64,000 nucleotides of DNA from Bdellovibrionales bacterium (GCA_965197425.1 CBDANC010000013.1:1-64000), one strand, 5' to 3'; counted from the first letter of the stretch, positions 22,921 through 33,629 are shown. Numbers and translations are program-made. Notes: generated from the letters alone by a model not told the origin.

Positions 22921-24900
22921 GTGAGAACTATTAAATTGAGAGTTGTTAGGCTCATAGTTTTTTGTTTAAGTTTAGTCTTAGTTAGTGAAAAAGCTTTTTC
23001 AAATGACAAGCTTTCTTGTCAGTATGTTCACCCAATAATGCAGGCAATGTTAAAAAATCATATTCTGTATAGCAATCTGACCTCTCATTTAGAAACCAGA
23101 ACCGTAGAAGGTTACTTAAAATCAGTGGATCCTGGAAAGGTTTATTTTACTAGTGCTGATGTTGAACAAATAAGCAACCTGTTTGAAGGCATTTTTGATG
23201 ATTTAAAAAAAGAGCAGTGTGCTAGGTTACAGACCGTACACTATATCTATACTAGTAAGGTTTCAGACAGGTCCAATGTGGCTAAAAACTTTTTGGATGA
23301 TTCTTATAAAATTGATGAAACCATAACTCTTCTTATAGATTATGATTTGATTCCCATACCTACAAACAAAGAGGATAGTGACAACTTATTTAAAAAAAGA
23401 ATTCACCTTCAGATTGCTAATTTGATTTCTGCCGATGTTACGTTGGACAAGGCCAAAGAATTGGTAACCAAACGATATGAAAGGCATCTTAACTCTTTAA
23501 AGGATTTAGCGACAGAAGATTTGTATGCTCAATGGCTTTATATATTCTCGAGAAGTTTAGATCCCCACACAAATTTTATGTCAGCTCCTGATGTTGATAA
23601 CTTTCAACTACAAATGAAGCTCGCCTACGAAGGTATTGGTGCTGTGCTTGTTTCTCAGGAAGGTTATGTTGTTGTTGATAGATTAATAAAAGGTGGCGCG
23701 GCTGATGTTTCTGCTTTGATTAATGTGCAAGACAAGATAGTAGCTGTAGCTCAGGGGAACGAAGGAGAGTTTGAACCTGTTATTGATGTGCCTTTAGGTG
23801 ATGTTGTCCAGTTAATAAGAGGTCCTAAAGGTACTACTGTTAGACTTAAGATTTTAAGGCAAGTTGGTGGAAAAAGTGTTTCTATGATTATTCCGTTGGT
23901 AAGGGATAAAATAAAATTAGAAGAAGATGCAGCTAAGATAAGGTACATAACCAGAACTATAGATGACAAAGAGGTTTCGGTTGCTATTTTAGAGTTACCT
24001 GCATTTTATCAAGATGATAGACTTAATGGAAGATCTAGCTCTAGAGATGTAAACAACTTATTAAAAGAAGCTTCTGAGAGAAATGTAGTTGGTTTGGTTT
24101 TGGACTTCTCTTCAAATGGTGGTGGCTCTTTAGAGGAATCTATAAAAACAGCTGGTCTATTTTTGAAAAATGGCAACATTGTACGTACCATTGGAAGTGG
24201 TGAAAATAAAATTTTATCTGATAAAAATGACGACATCAGTTTTACTAAACCTGTGGTAGTTTTAAATAGCAGGTTTACTGCCAGCGCTTCTGAGATTGTA
24301 TCTGGCGCGTTGCAATCTTATGGACGTGCTGTGATAGTTGGGGCTGATCACACTTTTGGAAAGGGAACTTTTCAAACCATCATTCCTATTTCAAAACACA
24401 TAGGCCACTTTAAAATAACTGCTGGTATGTTTTATATTCCAGATGGATATTCTACTCAGTATAGAGGTGTAGAGTCCGACATAGTTTTACCTTCTATATA
24501 TTCAGTTGATAGTATAGGAGAAAGATCACTCCCCTACTCTTTACCCGAAAAGGTAGTAAAACCTTTTATATCCAGTAGAGAGACTTCAGGAGCGGGTATT
24601 TGGACACCTATTACTACTGATGATTTGGAAATTTTAAGAAACAACTCTAAAAAGAGAGTTGATGAAAGCAAAGAGTTTAATGACATCAAAGAAGAGCTAT
24701 CCAACATTAGAAAAGAAATAAAGTTATCTGATATCCTTTCCAATGAGGAGAAAGATAAGAAAAAGCAAAATGGAGAGACTGTGCGTCGGCTAAAAACAGA
24801 TGAGAGTTTCAGAGAGGAGCGGTATTTGAATGAACCTCATCTTAAGGAAGCCATAGATGTTCTAGTAGATCTTGTCAAAATTAATGGAAACAAAAACTAA
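22921..24900 (+). CDS. prc: Carboxy-terminal processing protease (S41, PDZ domain)
   Basis: LDPHT, EGIGA, IRGPKGTTV, NGGGSL, ASASEIVSGALQ, TFGKGT. Confidence 0.92.
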   Translation: MRTIKLRVVRLIVFCLSLVLVSEKAFSNDKLSCQYVHPIMQAMLKNHILYSNLTSHLETRTVEGYLKSVDPGKVYFTSADVEQISNLFEGIFDDLKKEQCARLQTVHYIYTSKVSDRSNVAKNFLDDSYKIDETITLLIDYDLIPIPTNKEDSDNLFKKRIHLQIANLISADVTLDKAKELVTKRYERHLNSLKDLATEDLYAQWLYIFSRSLDPHTNFMSAPDVDNFQLQMKLAYEGIGAVLVSQEGYVVVDRLIKGGAADVSALINVQDKIVAVAQGNEGEFEPVIDVPLGDVVQLIRGPKGTTVRLKILRQVGGKSVSMIIPLVRDKIKLEEDAAKIRYITRTIDDKEVSVAILELPAFYQDDRLNGRSSSRDVNNLLKEASERNVVGLVLDFSSNGGGSLEESIKTAGLFLKNGNIVRTIGSGENKILSDKNDDISFTKPVVVLNSRFTASASEIVSGALQSYGRAVIVGADHTFGKGTFQTIIPISKHIGHFKITAGMFYIPDGYSTQYRGVESDIVLPSIYSVDSIGERSLPYSLPEKVVKPFISSRETSGAGIWTPITTDDLEILRNNSKKRVDESKEFNDIKEELSNIRKEIKLSDILSNEEKDKKKQNGETVRRLKTDESFREERYLNEPHLKEAIDVLVDLVKINGNKN

Positions 24901-25891
24901 ATTACCCGAAAAAAAAAACAAGTTGCCTAAAAGTTTGTTAGTACAGATGTACGAGCAGATGCTTGAATCTCGCCTTTTGGAAGAAAGGTTGATTAAGATC
25001 TATAAAAGTGGGGGGGGTTATTTTTGGATAGGTGGCCCTGGGGAGGAGGCATTCGGGGTACCACTTGGTCATTTAATTAAAAAAGGGCATGACTATTTAC
25101 ACCCTCACTACAGATGTACACCCACAATGGTAGCTTTAGGTATGGATACTAAAGAGTCAATTAGAATGATGATGAATAAGGCTACAGACACACACTCAGG
25201 GGGAAGAAATTTTGTGAATCACTATTGTAACAAAAAATGGAATGTCATGCCGGTTACCTCTACTATTGGAGTGCAATATAGTATTGCAATTGGCACTGCA
25301 TGGATACAGAGAAGATCTTCTAGTGATGATATAACCGTTGTAACTGGTGGTGATGCTGGAACTGCTGAGGGTGATTTTGCTACATGTTTGATTTGGTCAT
25401 CTAGACCCAAAAAAGAACTTCCAATACTTATCACTGTACAAAATAATAATTGGGGTATTTCCACTCATTACTCTGAACAACATAGTGAAAAAAACATTGC
25501 TGATAGAGGCAAGTGTTTTGGAATAAAAACATGTGTTATAGATAGCATGGATCCTGAGGAGACGTACCTTAAATTGAAAGAACTTTTCTCTTATGTAAGA
25601 ACACAAAGAAAACCAGCTTTGGTCGAAATCAAGGTCTCTAGACTTTACGGCCACTCTTCAGCAAGCGGAGCTAATTTTATAAATGAACCTGACCCATTAA
25701 AAATGTTTGAACAAAAATTATTAAAGCTAGACATTATAAAAGAATCACAAGTTACTAAACTATATAAAGAAATTAACAAAAAATTAATTCTTGAAACAAA
25801 ATCCATAGTGGCAGATCCGGATCCCAGTCCTGCTAGTATTTGGGATAGTATATACTATAAAAATGAAAATGCTGATTGGAGAAAATTTTAG
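24884..25891 (+). CDS. 2-oxoacid dehydrogenase E1 alpha subunit
   Basis: TPP motif GDAGTAEG...NNNWGIST; RLYGHSS. Confidence 0.9.
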   Translation: METKTKLPEKKNKLPKSLLVQMYEQMLESRLLEERLIKIYKSGGGYFWIGGPGEEAFGVPLGHLIKKGHDYLHPHYRCTPTMVALGMDTKESIRMMMNKATDTHSGGRNFVNHYCNKKWNVMPVTSTIGVQYSIAIGTAWIQRRSSSDDITVVTGGDAGTAEGDFATCLIWSSRPKKELPILITVQNNNWGISTHYSEQHSEKNIADRGKCFGIKTCVIDSMDPEETYLKLKELFSYVRTQRKPALVEIKVSRLYGHSSASGANFINEPDPLKMFEQKLLKLDIIKESQVTKLYKEINKKLILETKSIVADPDPSPASIWDSIYYKNENADWRKF

Positions 25892-26926
25892 ATGGCTAAT
25901 ATGTCCCAGGCTATTCGGTTGGGTTTACACTACGGTGAACGTAACCTTGGTGTGGTTGACATTTTTGGTCAAGATGTAGGTCCGCCTTTAGGTGGAGTGT
26001 TTACTGCAACCCAGGGTTTGAGTACAACTTGGAATACGCCTTTGGATGAACGCGGCACTATAGGAATGGCAATTGGTATTGCTATGACTGGTTCTAGATG
26101 TGTAGCTGAAATTCAATTTGTTGATTATATTTTTAATACTATAGATTTATTAAAAATTGCTGGTAATACTTGTTGGTCTTCTAATGGTCAGGTCAACTTA
26201 CCTCTGGTATTGATGACTCCTAATGGTAGTGGCATTAGAGGCTCTATCTATCATAGTCATAGCTTTGATTCCTTTGCATCTAGGATACAAGGTTGGAAAG
26301 TTGTGATGCCTTCAACTCCTCTTGATGCCTATGGACTTTTAATTTCTGCAATTGAAGATCCCAATCCTGTTATGTTTTTAAAACCTAAGGCACTTTTGAG
26401 AACACCAGGAAAAGAGTTATTACCTGGAGAGACAGCCGATTTAAAAAACAGAATTGATGCTCCTATAGGAAAAAATAAAGAAGATTGGACGCCTAATTGG
26501 CCTGATATGAAATATCACTCTATACCTATAGGAAAAGGAAAAATTGTTCAAACTGGTAATGACTTAACAATTGTTACTTACGGTAGGATGGTGGAAGAAT
26601 GTATCAAAGCTTCAAAAGGGTTTGATGCTGAAATAATAGATCTTAGATCGTTGTACCCTTATGATTGGCAGATAATAAAACATTCTTTATTAAAAACAAA
26701 AAAAGTTTTGTGTGTAAATGAAGATACTGATGTCATAAATTTTGGAGAACATATTATTTACAGAATAAATGATGAACTGTTTTATAATTTACATGCAAGC
26801 CCAAAATTACTTGCTGGGGCAAATGTACCTGGAATAGGTCTTCATGATAATCTGGAGACCGCAAGTATACCTGGTGTAAATGCAATTGCAAAAGAAATCA
26901 GAAACCTAATAGAAGAGAAACCATGA
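25892..26926 (+). CDS. 2-oxoacid dehydrogenase E1 beta subunit
   Basis: FGQDVG, GGVFTAT, NTPLDE, AEIQFVDY, IIDLRSL. Confidence 0.9.
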   Translation: MANMSQAIRLGLHYGERNLGVVDIFGQDVGPPLGGVFTATQGLSTTWNTPLDERGTIGMAIGIAMTGSRCVAEIQFVDYIFNTIDLLKIAGNTCWSSNGQVNLPLVLMTPNGSGIRGSIYHSHSFDSFASRIQGWKVVMPSTPLDAYGLLISAIEDPNPVMFLKPKALLRTPGKELLPGETADLKNRIDAPIGKNKEDWTPNWPDMKYHSIPIGKGKIVQTGNDLTIVTYGRMVEECIKASKGFDAEIIDLRSLYPYDWQIIKHSLLKTKKVLCVNEDTDVINFGEHIIYRINDELFYNLHASPKLLAGANVPGIGLHDNLETASIPGVNAIAKEIRNLIEEKP

Positions 26927-27705
26927 AATTTGATAAGTATAAGCTTTACTTAGCATCTGTACAAGATCCTGAAGCGGATGTAGATTTTTTTGAAATGGTG
27001 TGGGGAGAGCTTAGGCCAAAGAAAAAACTTATAAGTTTAAAGGAAGATTTTTGTGGCACATTTGCAGTGTGCTGTCAGTGGGTAAAATCTGATGACAGTC
27101 GCCAAGCAACTGGTGTAGATTTGGATAAAATTCCTCTTCAGTATGGTTTGGACAATTATTATTCTAAATTAAACTCTGCTCAACAAAACAGAATTACTAT
27201 ACACAATAAAAATGTTTTAGATTTGAAAGTATCAGGATTGGATATTGTTACAGCCAGCAATTTTTCTTACTATATTTTTAAAGAAAGAAAAAAACTTTTA
27301 GCATATTTTAAAGTTGCAAAAAGTTCGATTAATAAGAACGGTTTATTTGTAATTGATTGTTTTGGAGGGAGTGACTGTTACGAACCAAATGAAGATAGCA
27401 CAAAATATAAGGACTTCACATATTACTGGGATCAAGATAGTTATAATCCAATAAATAATGCAGCAACTTTTTATATACATTTTAAAAGAAAAAATGAGAA
27501 AAAAAGAAATAAGGTTTTTAGTTATGACTGGCGTTTATGGAGTATTCCTGAGTTAAGAGATGCTCTATATGATGCTGGATTTTCTAAAACTCATGTTTAT
27601 TGGGAAGGTACTGATGATAAAGGTGATGGAAATGGAGTTTACACAAGAACGAATCAAGGAGAGGTCTGTGAATCTTGGATTGCGTATATAGTGGCAGAAA
27701 AATAA
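26923..27705 (+). CDS. Class I SAM-dependent methyltransferase
   Basis: EDFCGT, GVDLD, F-x-YDWRLWSIPEL. Confidence 0.85.
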   Translation: MKFDKYKLYLASVQDPEADVDFFEMVWGELRPKKKLISLKEDFCGTFAVCCQWVKSDDSRQATGVDLDKIPLQYGLDNYYSKLNSAQQNRITIHNKNVLDLKVSGLDIVTASNFSYYIFKERKKLLAYFKVAKSSINKNGLFVIDCFGGSDCYEPNEDSTKYKDFTYYWDQDSYNPINNAATFYIHFKRKNEKKRNKVFSYDWRLWSIPELRDALYDAGFSKTHVYWEGTDDKGDGNGVYTRTNQGEVCESWIAYIVAEK

Positions 27706-27709
27706 ACCT

Positions 27710-27921
27710 CAAGGTCTTCCGAACGAAGCTAAAAAATAGATTGACGGAACGACCGCACGTAGTGCAAGTGAAGTCAGAATATTTTTTAGCTTCGTGGTTG
27801 CCCAGCTTTGGACACCATGCTGATCCCGTTCCATAGGGCCTTCCTAATGAGGCTAATGAGGTAAAAAACAAGGAGGCTTCGCCTACTTTTTTTTGCCAAG
27901 TGACTCCTTCCTGGTGTAACT
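27710..27921 (+). repeat. Modular hairpin element, two tandem modules
   Basis: AAGGTCTTCCGAACGAAGCTAAAAAATA...TATTTTTTAGCTTCGTGGTTGCCCAGCTTTGGACACCATGCTGATCCCGT, followed by a second module. Confidence 0.88.
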
Positions 27922-27963
27922 AAGACTAGAGGGTTTGCTTCAAGGTAAGCTGTTTCAGTTAAT

Positions 27964-28040
27964 GCGTCAGTAGCTCAATTGGATAGAGCATCAGACTTCG
28001 GATCTGAGGGTTAGGGGTTCGACTCCTCTCTGACGCACCA
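27964..28040 (+). tRNA. tRNA-Arg (anticodon UCG)
   Basis: GCGTCAG/CTGACGC acceptor stem, TCAGA-CTTCGGA-TCTGA anticodon arm, TTCGA loop, encoded CCA. Confidence 0.96.
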
Positions 28041-28046
28041 ACTACA

Positions 28047-28107
28047 GGCAGTCTGGCAATCCGGGATCTGTTATCTGGGAACTGATATCGGAAATCAGGT
28101 AACCGAT
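28047..28107. repeat. 7/8-mer tandem repeat directly after tRNA-Arg
   Basis: GGCAGTCT GGCAATCC GGGATCT GTTATCT GGGAACT GATATCG GAAATCA GGTAACC. Confidence 0.7.
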
Positions 28108-28267
28108 TTAATTTTTTCAAAAAGGAAGTAGATATATTAGGGGGATTCTTATACCAATTATGGAAAAATACATAACCTATACAGTGATAATGCCTGATTG
28201 AGAGATGTTATAAAATAATTTTAAATTGGTTAAATAAAAATTTAATAAACTATTCATTTATCGTATA

Positions 28268-29026
28268 ATGTTACTTAATATGAAGAAGTTAGTTTTAGTT
28301 TTGTTTTTTACTACCCCTTTTGTCACTGAGGCAGAAGGTGTATTAAATGAGAATCAAACTGACCAGATAAGTTCTGAGCGGACAGATTTTTTTGATAAAA
28401 GTTTTGGTCGTTATTTAAAAAATGATTATGATAAGTGGCGATTTGCTGTTTCAGTACCTGCTGTTGTGAGATTTTCGTCTAAACTTAAATATTTACCAAA
28501 TGATGATGCCAGTACCGAAGAGCAATTAGTTACAACTCTATTTAATAGGTTTGCCTCTTTAGAGTCAAAGGACATACCTGCACTTGGATTAAGGGCTGAT
28601 ATTTATAGAATTTTTTCGAACAATTTGTTTTTAAATGTGGGTGCTGAGTCATTTATTTTAAAGAAAGCCCGTGTTCCAATGGGACAGATAATAAAAAGAC
28701 AACTTGATTACATACAACCGTATTCTTTGTATTTAAATTTAGGCCATGTATTCCCTCAAACTGCAACAAGTAGTTTTAATGTATATTTAGGATTAGGCTA
28801 TAACTTATTAACTTACAAAACTACTGACGGTGGTTCAAAAATAAAAGCTGACAAAGATTTTTCATATCAGGCTGGTATAAGTTATACGTTAAAAAGAGTT
28901 TTTCTAGATGTTAGATATTCTCTTATACAGGACAATAAAAATATATATGAAGAAGTAAAAGACAGGCAAAGAAAAATAGAACTAAGCTTTAAGCTTATAA
29001 CTCTCAATGCAGGCTTCTACTTTTAA
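28268..29026 (+). CDS. Outer-membrane beta-barrel protein
   Basis: Signal peptide, YLGLGY and YQAGISY strands, C-terminal GFYF. Confidence 0.75.
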   Translation: MLLNMKKLVLVLFFTTPFVTEAEGVLNENQTDQISSERTDFFDKSFGRYLKNDYDKWRFAVSVPAVVRFSSKLKYLPNDDASTEEQLVTTLFNRFASLESKDIPALGLRADIYRIFSNNLFLNVGAESFILKKARVPMGQIIKRQLDYIQPYSLYLNLGHVFPQTATSSFNVYLGLGYNLLTYKTTDGGSKIKADKDFSYQAGISYTLKRVFLDVRYSLIQDNKNIYEEVKDRQRKIELSFKLITLNAGFYF

Positions 29027-29028
29027 TA

Positions 29029-29296
29029 TAAAGGTTTTCCGAATCAAGCTAATAAGATGGATTGGCGAAATGTAAGACGGAGTCCAAATGCAGCCAAGAC
29101 ATCTTTTGGCTTGATGGTTGCCCAGCTCTGGAACAAGATGCTGATCCCAGTCCATAAGGTCTTTCGAACGAAGTCAAAAATAAGTGGCTTGTTCACTTTG
29201 ATTCAATTGGCTTACGGGATAAATCTTTATATTTTCCAATTGAAAGAACCTCCCTGACGGTCGGTTTTTGGCCGAGTGCCTGTTTCCTGGCGGCTG
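29029..29296 (+). repeat. Modular hairpin element, two tandem modules
   Basis: TAAAGGTTTTCCGAATCAAGC...GCTTGATGGTTGCCCAGCTCTGGAACAAGATGCTGATCCC, then TAAGGTCTTTCGAACGAAG... Confidence 0.88.
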
Positions 29297-29308
29297 TTTT
29301 TAATAACA

Positions 29309-29666
29309 TGGTGGAGGCGGTGGGTTTCGAACCCACTTTACTTCAAGTCTTCTTCTAAAAGGTACTACATGTTTAGTCTATGATTAATACCAAAGGAAGT
29401 AAGTTCACAGACAGACTCTTTCCCATGGCTAGCCTTAAAGCTTCGGTTAATTGATCAAGGCTAAAAATCTCAACTAACCTACAATTGCTAAGTGACAACC
29501 AAACTGATAGACACAATCAAACTATCAAAGGTTGGGCAGTCTTATTAACTAAGCTGCCAAAGCGTAATCGTTGCCAATTACTATTTGTCGGGTCTTAATA
29601 ACGGGAAACCCAACCCAACATGCACCTTAAAGTTTCATCACCCAAAGTCGAGGCCAATTCGCCCCC
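29309..29666 (-). ncRNA. ssrA: tmRNA
   Basis: 5' GGGGGCG...CTCGAC, 3' GGTTCGAAACCCACCGCCTCCACCA with G3-U70 pair; internal tag ORF GGC AAC GAT TAC GCT TTG GCA GCT TAG (GNDYALAA*). Confidence 0.96.
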
Positions 29667-29757
29667 AAGTCGGTCATTGTAACATATAGGTGTAAAATAT
29701 TTAACCAAAAAGTGTAAACCATATCCCTTGTAGTACAACCGGGCTATATTACACATT

Positions 29758-29856
29758 GCAGAGCTGGGCAACTCTAATACTGAAAGCACCTTGGCTACAT
29801 TTGTGCTTCGCACTGCACTTCACCAAGGCAACTTTCAGTTTTAGCGAAGACCTTTA
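29758..29856 (-). repeat. Modular hairpin element copy beginning at the M23 stop codon
   Basis: TAAAGGTCTTCGCTAAAACTGAAAG...CTTTCAGTATTAGAGTTGCCCAGCTCTG on the minus strand. Confidence 0.8.
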
Positions 29857-30852
29857 TTCTAAGATGTAAGATTCCGGATCTACGGGTATTCCATGTACCC
29901 TAACCTCATAATGCAAATGAGGACCTGTTGATCTTCCAGTACTACCCATACCAGCTATTACATCTCCCCTACCTACACTTTGATTTAGTACCACATATGT
30001 CTGTGAGTTATGACCATACCTAGTCACAACACCATACCCATGATCGATACTAATAAGCTTTCCATAGCCAGAGTCATAACCTATGTAAGAGACCATTCCA
30101 TCAGCAGCAACCCTAACAGGAGTACCAGAAGAACCAGCCACATCTACACCGTAATGAAATGAAATATGCCCAGTTTGAGGAGAGGTTCTATACCCAAATC
30201 TTGAGGAAATCCAACCTCTTGCAGGGCTTATTGAAGGTGTGCTCTTCATTAAACTTTTCCGCCTGGATAGGTCATCCCAAAGCTCCATTAATTCATATCT
30301 TCTAACTTGGGAGCTATTAACAGCCTTTGATAACCTAATGCTTAAAGTCTTATAATTTTGTGCATCATAAACCGCTAGTTCACCACCACCTGTATCTAAA
30401 ACAGGTGAACTTAAAAAAGCCTCTTCTTGAGGCTCAGCTAGTATTGGAGAATCTTCCTCAACATTGGCTATATTTCTATCAATATCAAATGTATTGCTTT
30501 GGGCCATAGTGGGAACACGAAGGTTAAAAATACGATCTTCAGTGTTTATGTCGGTAATTGTTCTAAGTTTCGCTTTCCATGTTCTAACATCTTCCAACTC
30601 ATTTTCTAAACTAACTAGTTTGTTCTCAAGCAATACAAACTGACCAGCCAATCTGTCGTTTTCCAACTTTAATATTTTATTTTGATTTGTGGTAACAACA
30701 AGACCCATGTAGTCTACAAAGATACCGGCAAGCAGAACACAAAATACAACCCCACCAAGAATCGCAGCCTTCACCATTACAGAAGACAACACAAAGCGCC
30801 TAACTACGCCCTTGCGATTACTAACCAACATCAATGTAAACTGCTTTTTCAA
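29854..30852 (-). CDS. M23 family metallopeptidase with N-terminal TM and coiled coil
   Basis: TPSISPARGWISSRFG, HYGVD, TRYGH, GSTGRSTGPHLHYEV. Confidence 0.93.
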   Translation of the reverse strand: MKKQFTLMLVSNRKGVVRRFVLSSVMVKAAILGGVVFCVLLAGIFVDYMGLVVTTNQNKILKLENDRLAGQFVLLENKLVSLENELEDVRTWKAKLRTITDINTEDRIFNLRVPTMAQSNTFDIDRNIANVEEDSPILAEPQEEAFLSSPVLDTGGGELAVYDAQNYKTLSIRLSKAVNSSQVRRYELMELWDDLSRRKSLMKSTPSISPARGWISSRFGYRTSPQTGHISFHYGVDVAGSSGTPVRVAADGMVSYIGYDSGYGKLISIDHGYGVVTRYGHNSQTYVVLNQSVGRGDVIAGMGSTGRSTGPHLHYEVRVHGIPVDPESYILE

Positions 30853-31595
30853 GACTCCACTGCCTTTAAAACCAACACAGTGATGTTATCTTCTCCGCCA
30901 TTTGCATTGGCCAAATCCACCAACTTAGAAGGTATCTTTGATGCATCACTTGTCTTCCTTAAAACTTGAGTTATTTCTGCATCATTGACCATACCATAAA
31001 GTCCGTCAGAACACAGCATGACAATCTCACCAACAGCAGGCTTGCGCTCAAAAATATCACATTTAATAGCAGATTTAGACACAATAATTGCCCTAGTTAG
31101 TACATTTTTCTTAGTAATACCAGACAAGTCATCAACACTGCCCACCTTGATAAGCTCATTTACCAAAGTGTGATCTTCAGTAATCTGCCAAAGATTCTCA
31201 TCTTTATACAAATAAGCCCTGGAATCACCCACATTTGCTATATATAACTTCTCATCATTTTTGCAATACAAAGCCAAAACAATGGTGGTCCCAAGCCTCT
31301 TTAAATCCTTTCTCTTCCTTGCAAAGGAATTAAGAGATTCCCTAGCTACATTGTATAGATTTTGTATAAGCTCATGATACTGCTTTGTAGTAAACTCCCC
31401 ATCCTTCTTTACTACCTTTGTGAGTTCATCTTTTATGGAATTTATAGAAATCTCAGAGGCTTCCCCGCCACCAGGCTGACCACCCATTCCATCAGCCAGG
31501 ATATACAGACCCAACTCACTGTCCAACAAGTAAAAGTCCTGATTGGTTTTTCTGCGCTTACCCACATCCGTCTGACACCAAGATAATAATTTCAT
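30849..31595 (-). CDS. PP2C-family Ser/Thr protein phosphatase
   Basis: TDVGKRRKTNQD, ADGMGG, NVGDSRAY, CSDGL, GGEDNIT. Confidence 0.94.
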   Translation of the reverse strand: MKLLSWCQTDVGKRRKTNQDFYLLDSELGLYILADGMGGQPGGGEASEISINSIKDELTKVVKKDGEFTTKQYHELIQNLYNVARESLNSFARKRKDLKRLGTTIVLALYCKNDEKLYIANVGDSRAYLYKDENLWQITEDHTLVNELIKVGSVDDLSGITKKNVLTRAIIVSKSAIKCDIFERKPAVGEIVMLCSDGLYGMVNDAEITQVLRKTSDASKIPSKLVDLANANGGEDNITVLVLKAVES

Positions 31596-31641
31596 TGCAC
31601 TACCATAATAATCTAGCTATAAAAAAATTGCATCTTAAGAG

Positions 31642-32439
31642 ATGACACTAAACACTGCCATGAAAACAGGCGATAACGTAACCATGAAGCCTCTCTTAAA
31701 GCCAACAATAATCTCCATCACAATACATATTTTACTTGCACTATATTTTATAACCACTCAATATCACAGTGAAAATACCAATAAATCAAATGATAATAAT
31801 GTAGAAGTTACTTTGATTTATGATAACAAGCAAATTGTAGAGCAGTTAGGAAACAATAATAAACATTCTGAAAATGCAAGCTTTTTAAGTAATGCTGATA
31901 ACTTCACTGAGAGGCAGACAAAGCGTAAATTTTCTCATGGAATTGTGGGTAACATGCCTCAAAATCAAATTGTAGGCACTATTCCGACTAAACATAAAAA
32001 TTTTGATTATTCTGGCCTTCACAAAAGAGCTATTGCATCAGATTTGAATGAGACAGAGTACAACTATCTGGAGATTGAAGAGGGTAGCGAGACAATTTTA
32101 AACACAAGAGAATTTTTATATTTCACCTACTACCTTCGAATAAAACAACAGCTTCAAGGGTATTGGGAACATTACATCAAACAAAAAATTAATGAACTAA
32201 TAATCTCAGGCAATAGTTATTTAGGATTAAATAAAAGAGCAAAGTTGTTAATAGTACTAGATGAGACGGGGCACTTAACTAATGTAGATATCTTGGACAA
32301 ATCAGGGTTTACAGGACTAGATGAGGCTGCAATGAACGCTGTCCAGGATGCCAACCCTTTCCCACCTCCTCCAAAGGGACTTTTACAAGATAACGAAGTG
32401 ATGATTGCTTGGGAATTTATTTTATATAACAACAATTAA
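31642..32439 (+). CDS. TonB/TolA-family energy transducer
   Basis: TM helix with SxxxH (SITIH), LNTREF, KSGFTGLDEAAMNAV, PFPPPP. Confidence 0.85.
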   Translation: MTLNTAMKTGDNVTMKPLLKPTIISITIHILLALYFITTQYHSENTNKSNDNNVEVTLIYDNKQIVEQLGNNNKHSENASFLSNADNFTERQTKRKFSHGIVGNMPQNQIVGTIPTKHKNFDYSGLHKRAIASDLNETEYNYLEIEEGSETILNTREFLYFTYYLRIKQQLQGYWEHYIKQKINELIISGNSYLGLNKRAKLLIVLDETGHLTNVDILDKSGFTGLDEAAMNAVQDANPFPPPPKGLLQDNEVMIAWEFILYNNN

Positions 32440-32441
32440 GC

Positions 32442-33629
32442 TTAACTAAGAGTACTGAAGAATTTAGACATTTTATTTATGGCTTTTTTTATTACTTTTT
32501 CATCTAAAGCGTAGCTCATTCTTATAAACCCTTCTACACCAAAAGCACTACCAGGGACAACCACCACATGCTTTGAGTCAAGCAGAGCTTTTGCAATATC
32601 ACCACTGGTTTCTAATCGCACACCATTAAACTTTTTATTCAAAAAGTATGAAACATCTATCCAAAGGTAAAAAGCTCCACCAGGAGATTTTACCTTTAAG
32701 CCATTAATTTCGGAGATTAAGTTACATGCAGTATCTCTTCTTTTTTTCAAAGTACTAATAACATCTGTTAAGTTTTGATTTTTCAGCGCTGTAACACTTG
32801 CTTTTTGGCAAAAACTAACCGCACAGCTCACAGATTGACTTTGAAATTTGCTCATAGCTTTTATTACTGTTTCAGGACCTATACCCCACCCTATTCTCCA
32901 ACCTGTCATAGAAAAAGCTTTTGACATTCCGTTTATAATAACGGTTCTATCAATTAACAAAGGATCAGCATTTAGAATATTAGGTGCATGTTTACATTCA
33001 AAAACCAGTTTATTATAAATATCATCAGATAAAATCGTCACCTTATCATGTTTGGACAAAACATCAGCCAAACTTTTTAACTCATCTAGTGTATATACTT
33101 CGCCTGTGGGATTATTAGGAGAATTTAACATAACAAGCTTTGTTTTTTTGGTTATCGAAGTTTTTAGATCATTGGCTGTGAGTTTAAATCTATTTTCTGA
33201 CCTACACGGCACAACAACCGGAACACCTCCAGCAAGTGTTACCATATCAGGGTAGCTAACCCAATAGGGACTGGGGATAATTACTTCATCCAGCGGATCT
33301 ATAACAGATTGCAAGCAGGAAAATATAGAAAACTTAGCTCCTGAAGTAACACTCACATTCTTTGCAGTGTAGTCAGTGTTTAGATATGAATTAGTATCTT
33401 TTGCTACAACTTCTTGTAAGTCTAAAATTCCGGCTGCAGGGACATACTTAGTAAAGCCAGATTTTACTGAATCACAAAGTGCATCTATAATATCATCAGA
33501 TGTGTTCCAGTCAGGTTCCCCAACTGAAAGGGCTATTACATCTTTTCCCTCTTTTTTGAGACTCCTAGCTTTGTCGGCAAGTGCTAAAGTTGGAGAAGGA
33601 TTTAGGTTTTTTATTTTTTTAGATATCAT
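32442..33629 (-). CDS. aspC: Aspartate aminotransferase (class I/II PLP enzyme)
   Basis: VGEPD, NSPNNPTG, SDDIY, NGMSKAFSMTGWRIG. Confidence 0.9.
   Translation of the reverse strand: MISKKIKNLNPSPTLALADKARSLKKEGKDVIALSVGEPDWNTSDDIIDALCDSVKSGFTKYVPAAGILDLQEVVAKDTNSYLNTDYTAKNVSVTSGAKFSIFSCLQSVIDPLDEVIIPSPYWVSYPDMVTLAGGVPVVVPCRSENRFKLTANDLKTSITKKTKLVMLNSPNNPTGEVYTLDELKSLADVLSKHDKVTILSDDIYNKLVFECKHAPNILNADPLLIDRTVIINGMSKAFSMTGWRIGWGIGPETVIKAMSKFQSQSVSCAVSFCQKASVTALKNQNLTDVISTLKKRRDTACNLISEINGLKVKSPGGAFYLWIDVSYFLNKKFNGVRLETSGDIAKALLDSKHVVVVPGSAFGVEGFIRMSYALDEKVIKKAINKMSKFFSTLS

Noticed and set aside
28041..29308. Integrated island between tRNA-Arg and the tmRNA 3' end
   Set aside because: No integrase and no duplicated tRNA/tmRNA 3' end; only one outer-membrane gene plus repeats
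29595..29813. 72-aa ORF
   Set aside because: Overlaps the tmRNA 5' end and a repeat copy
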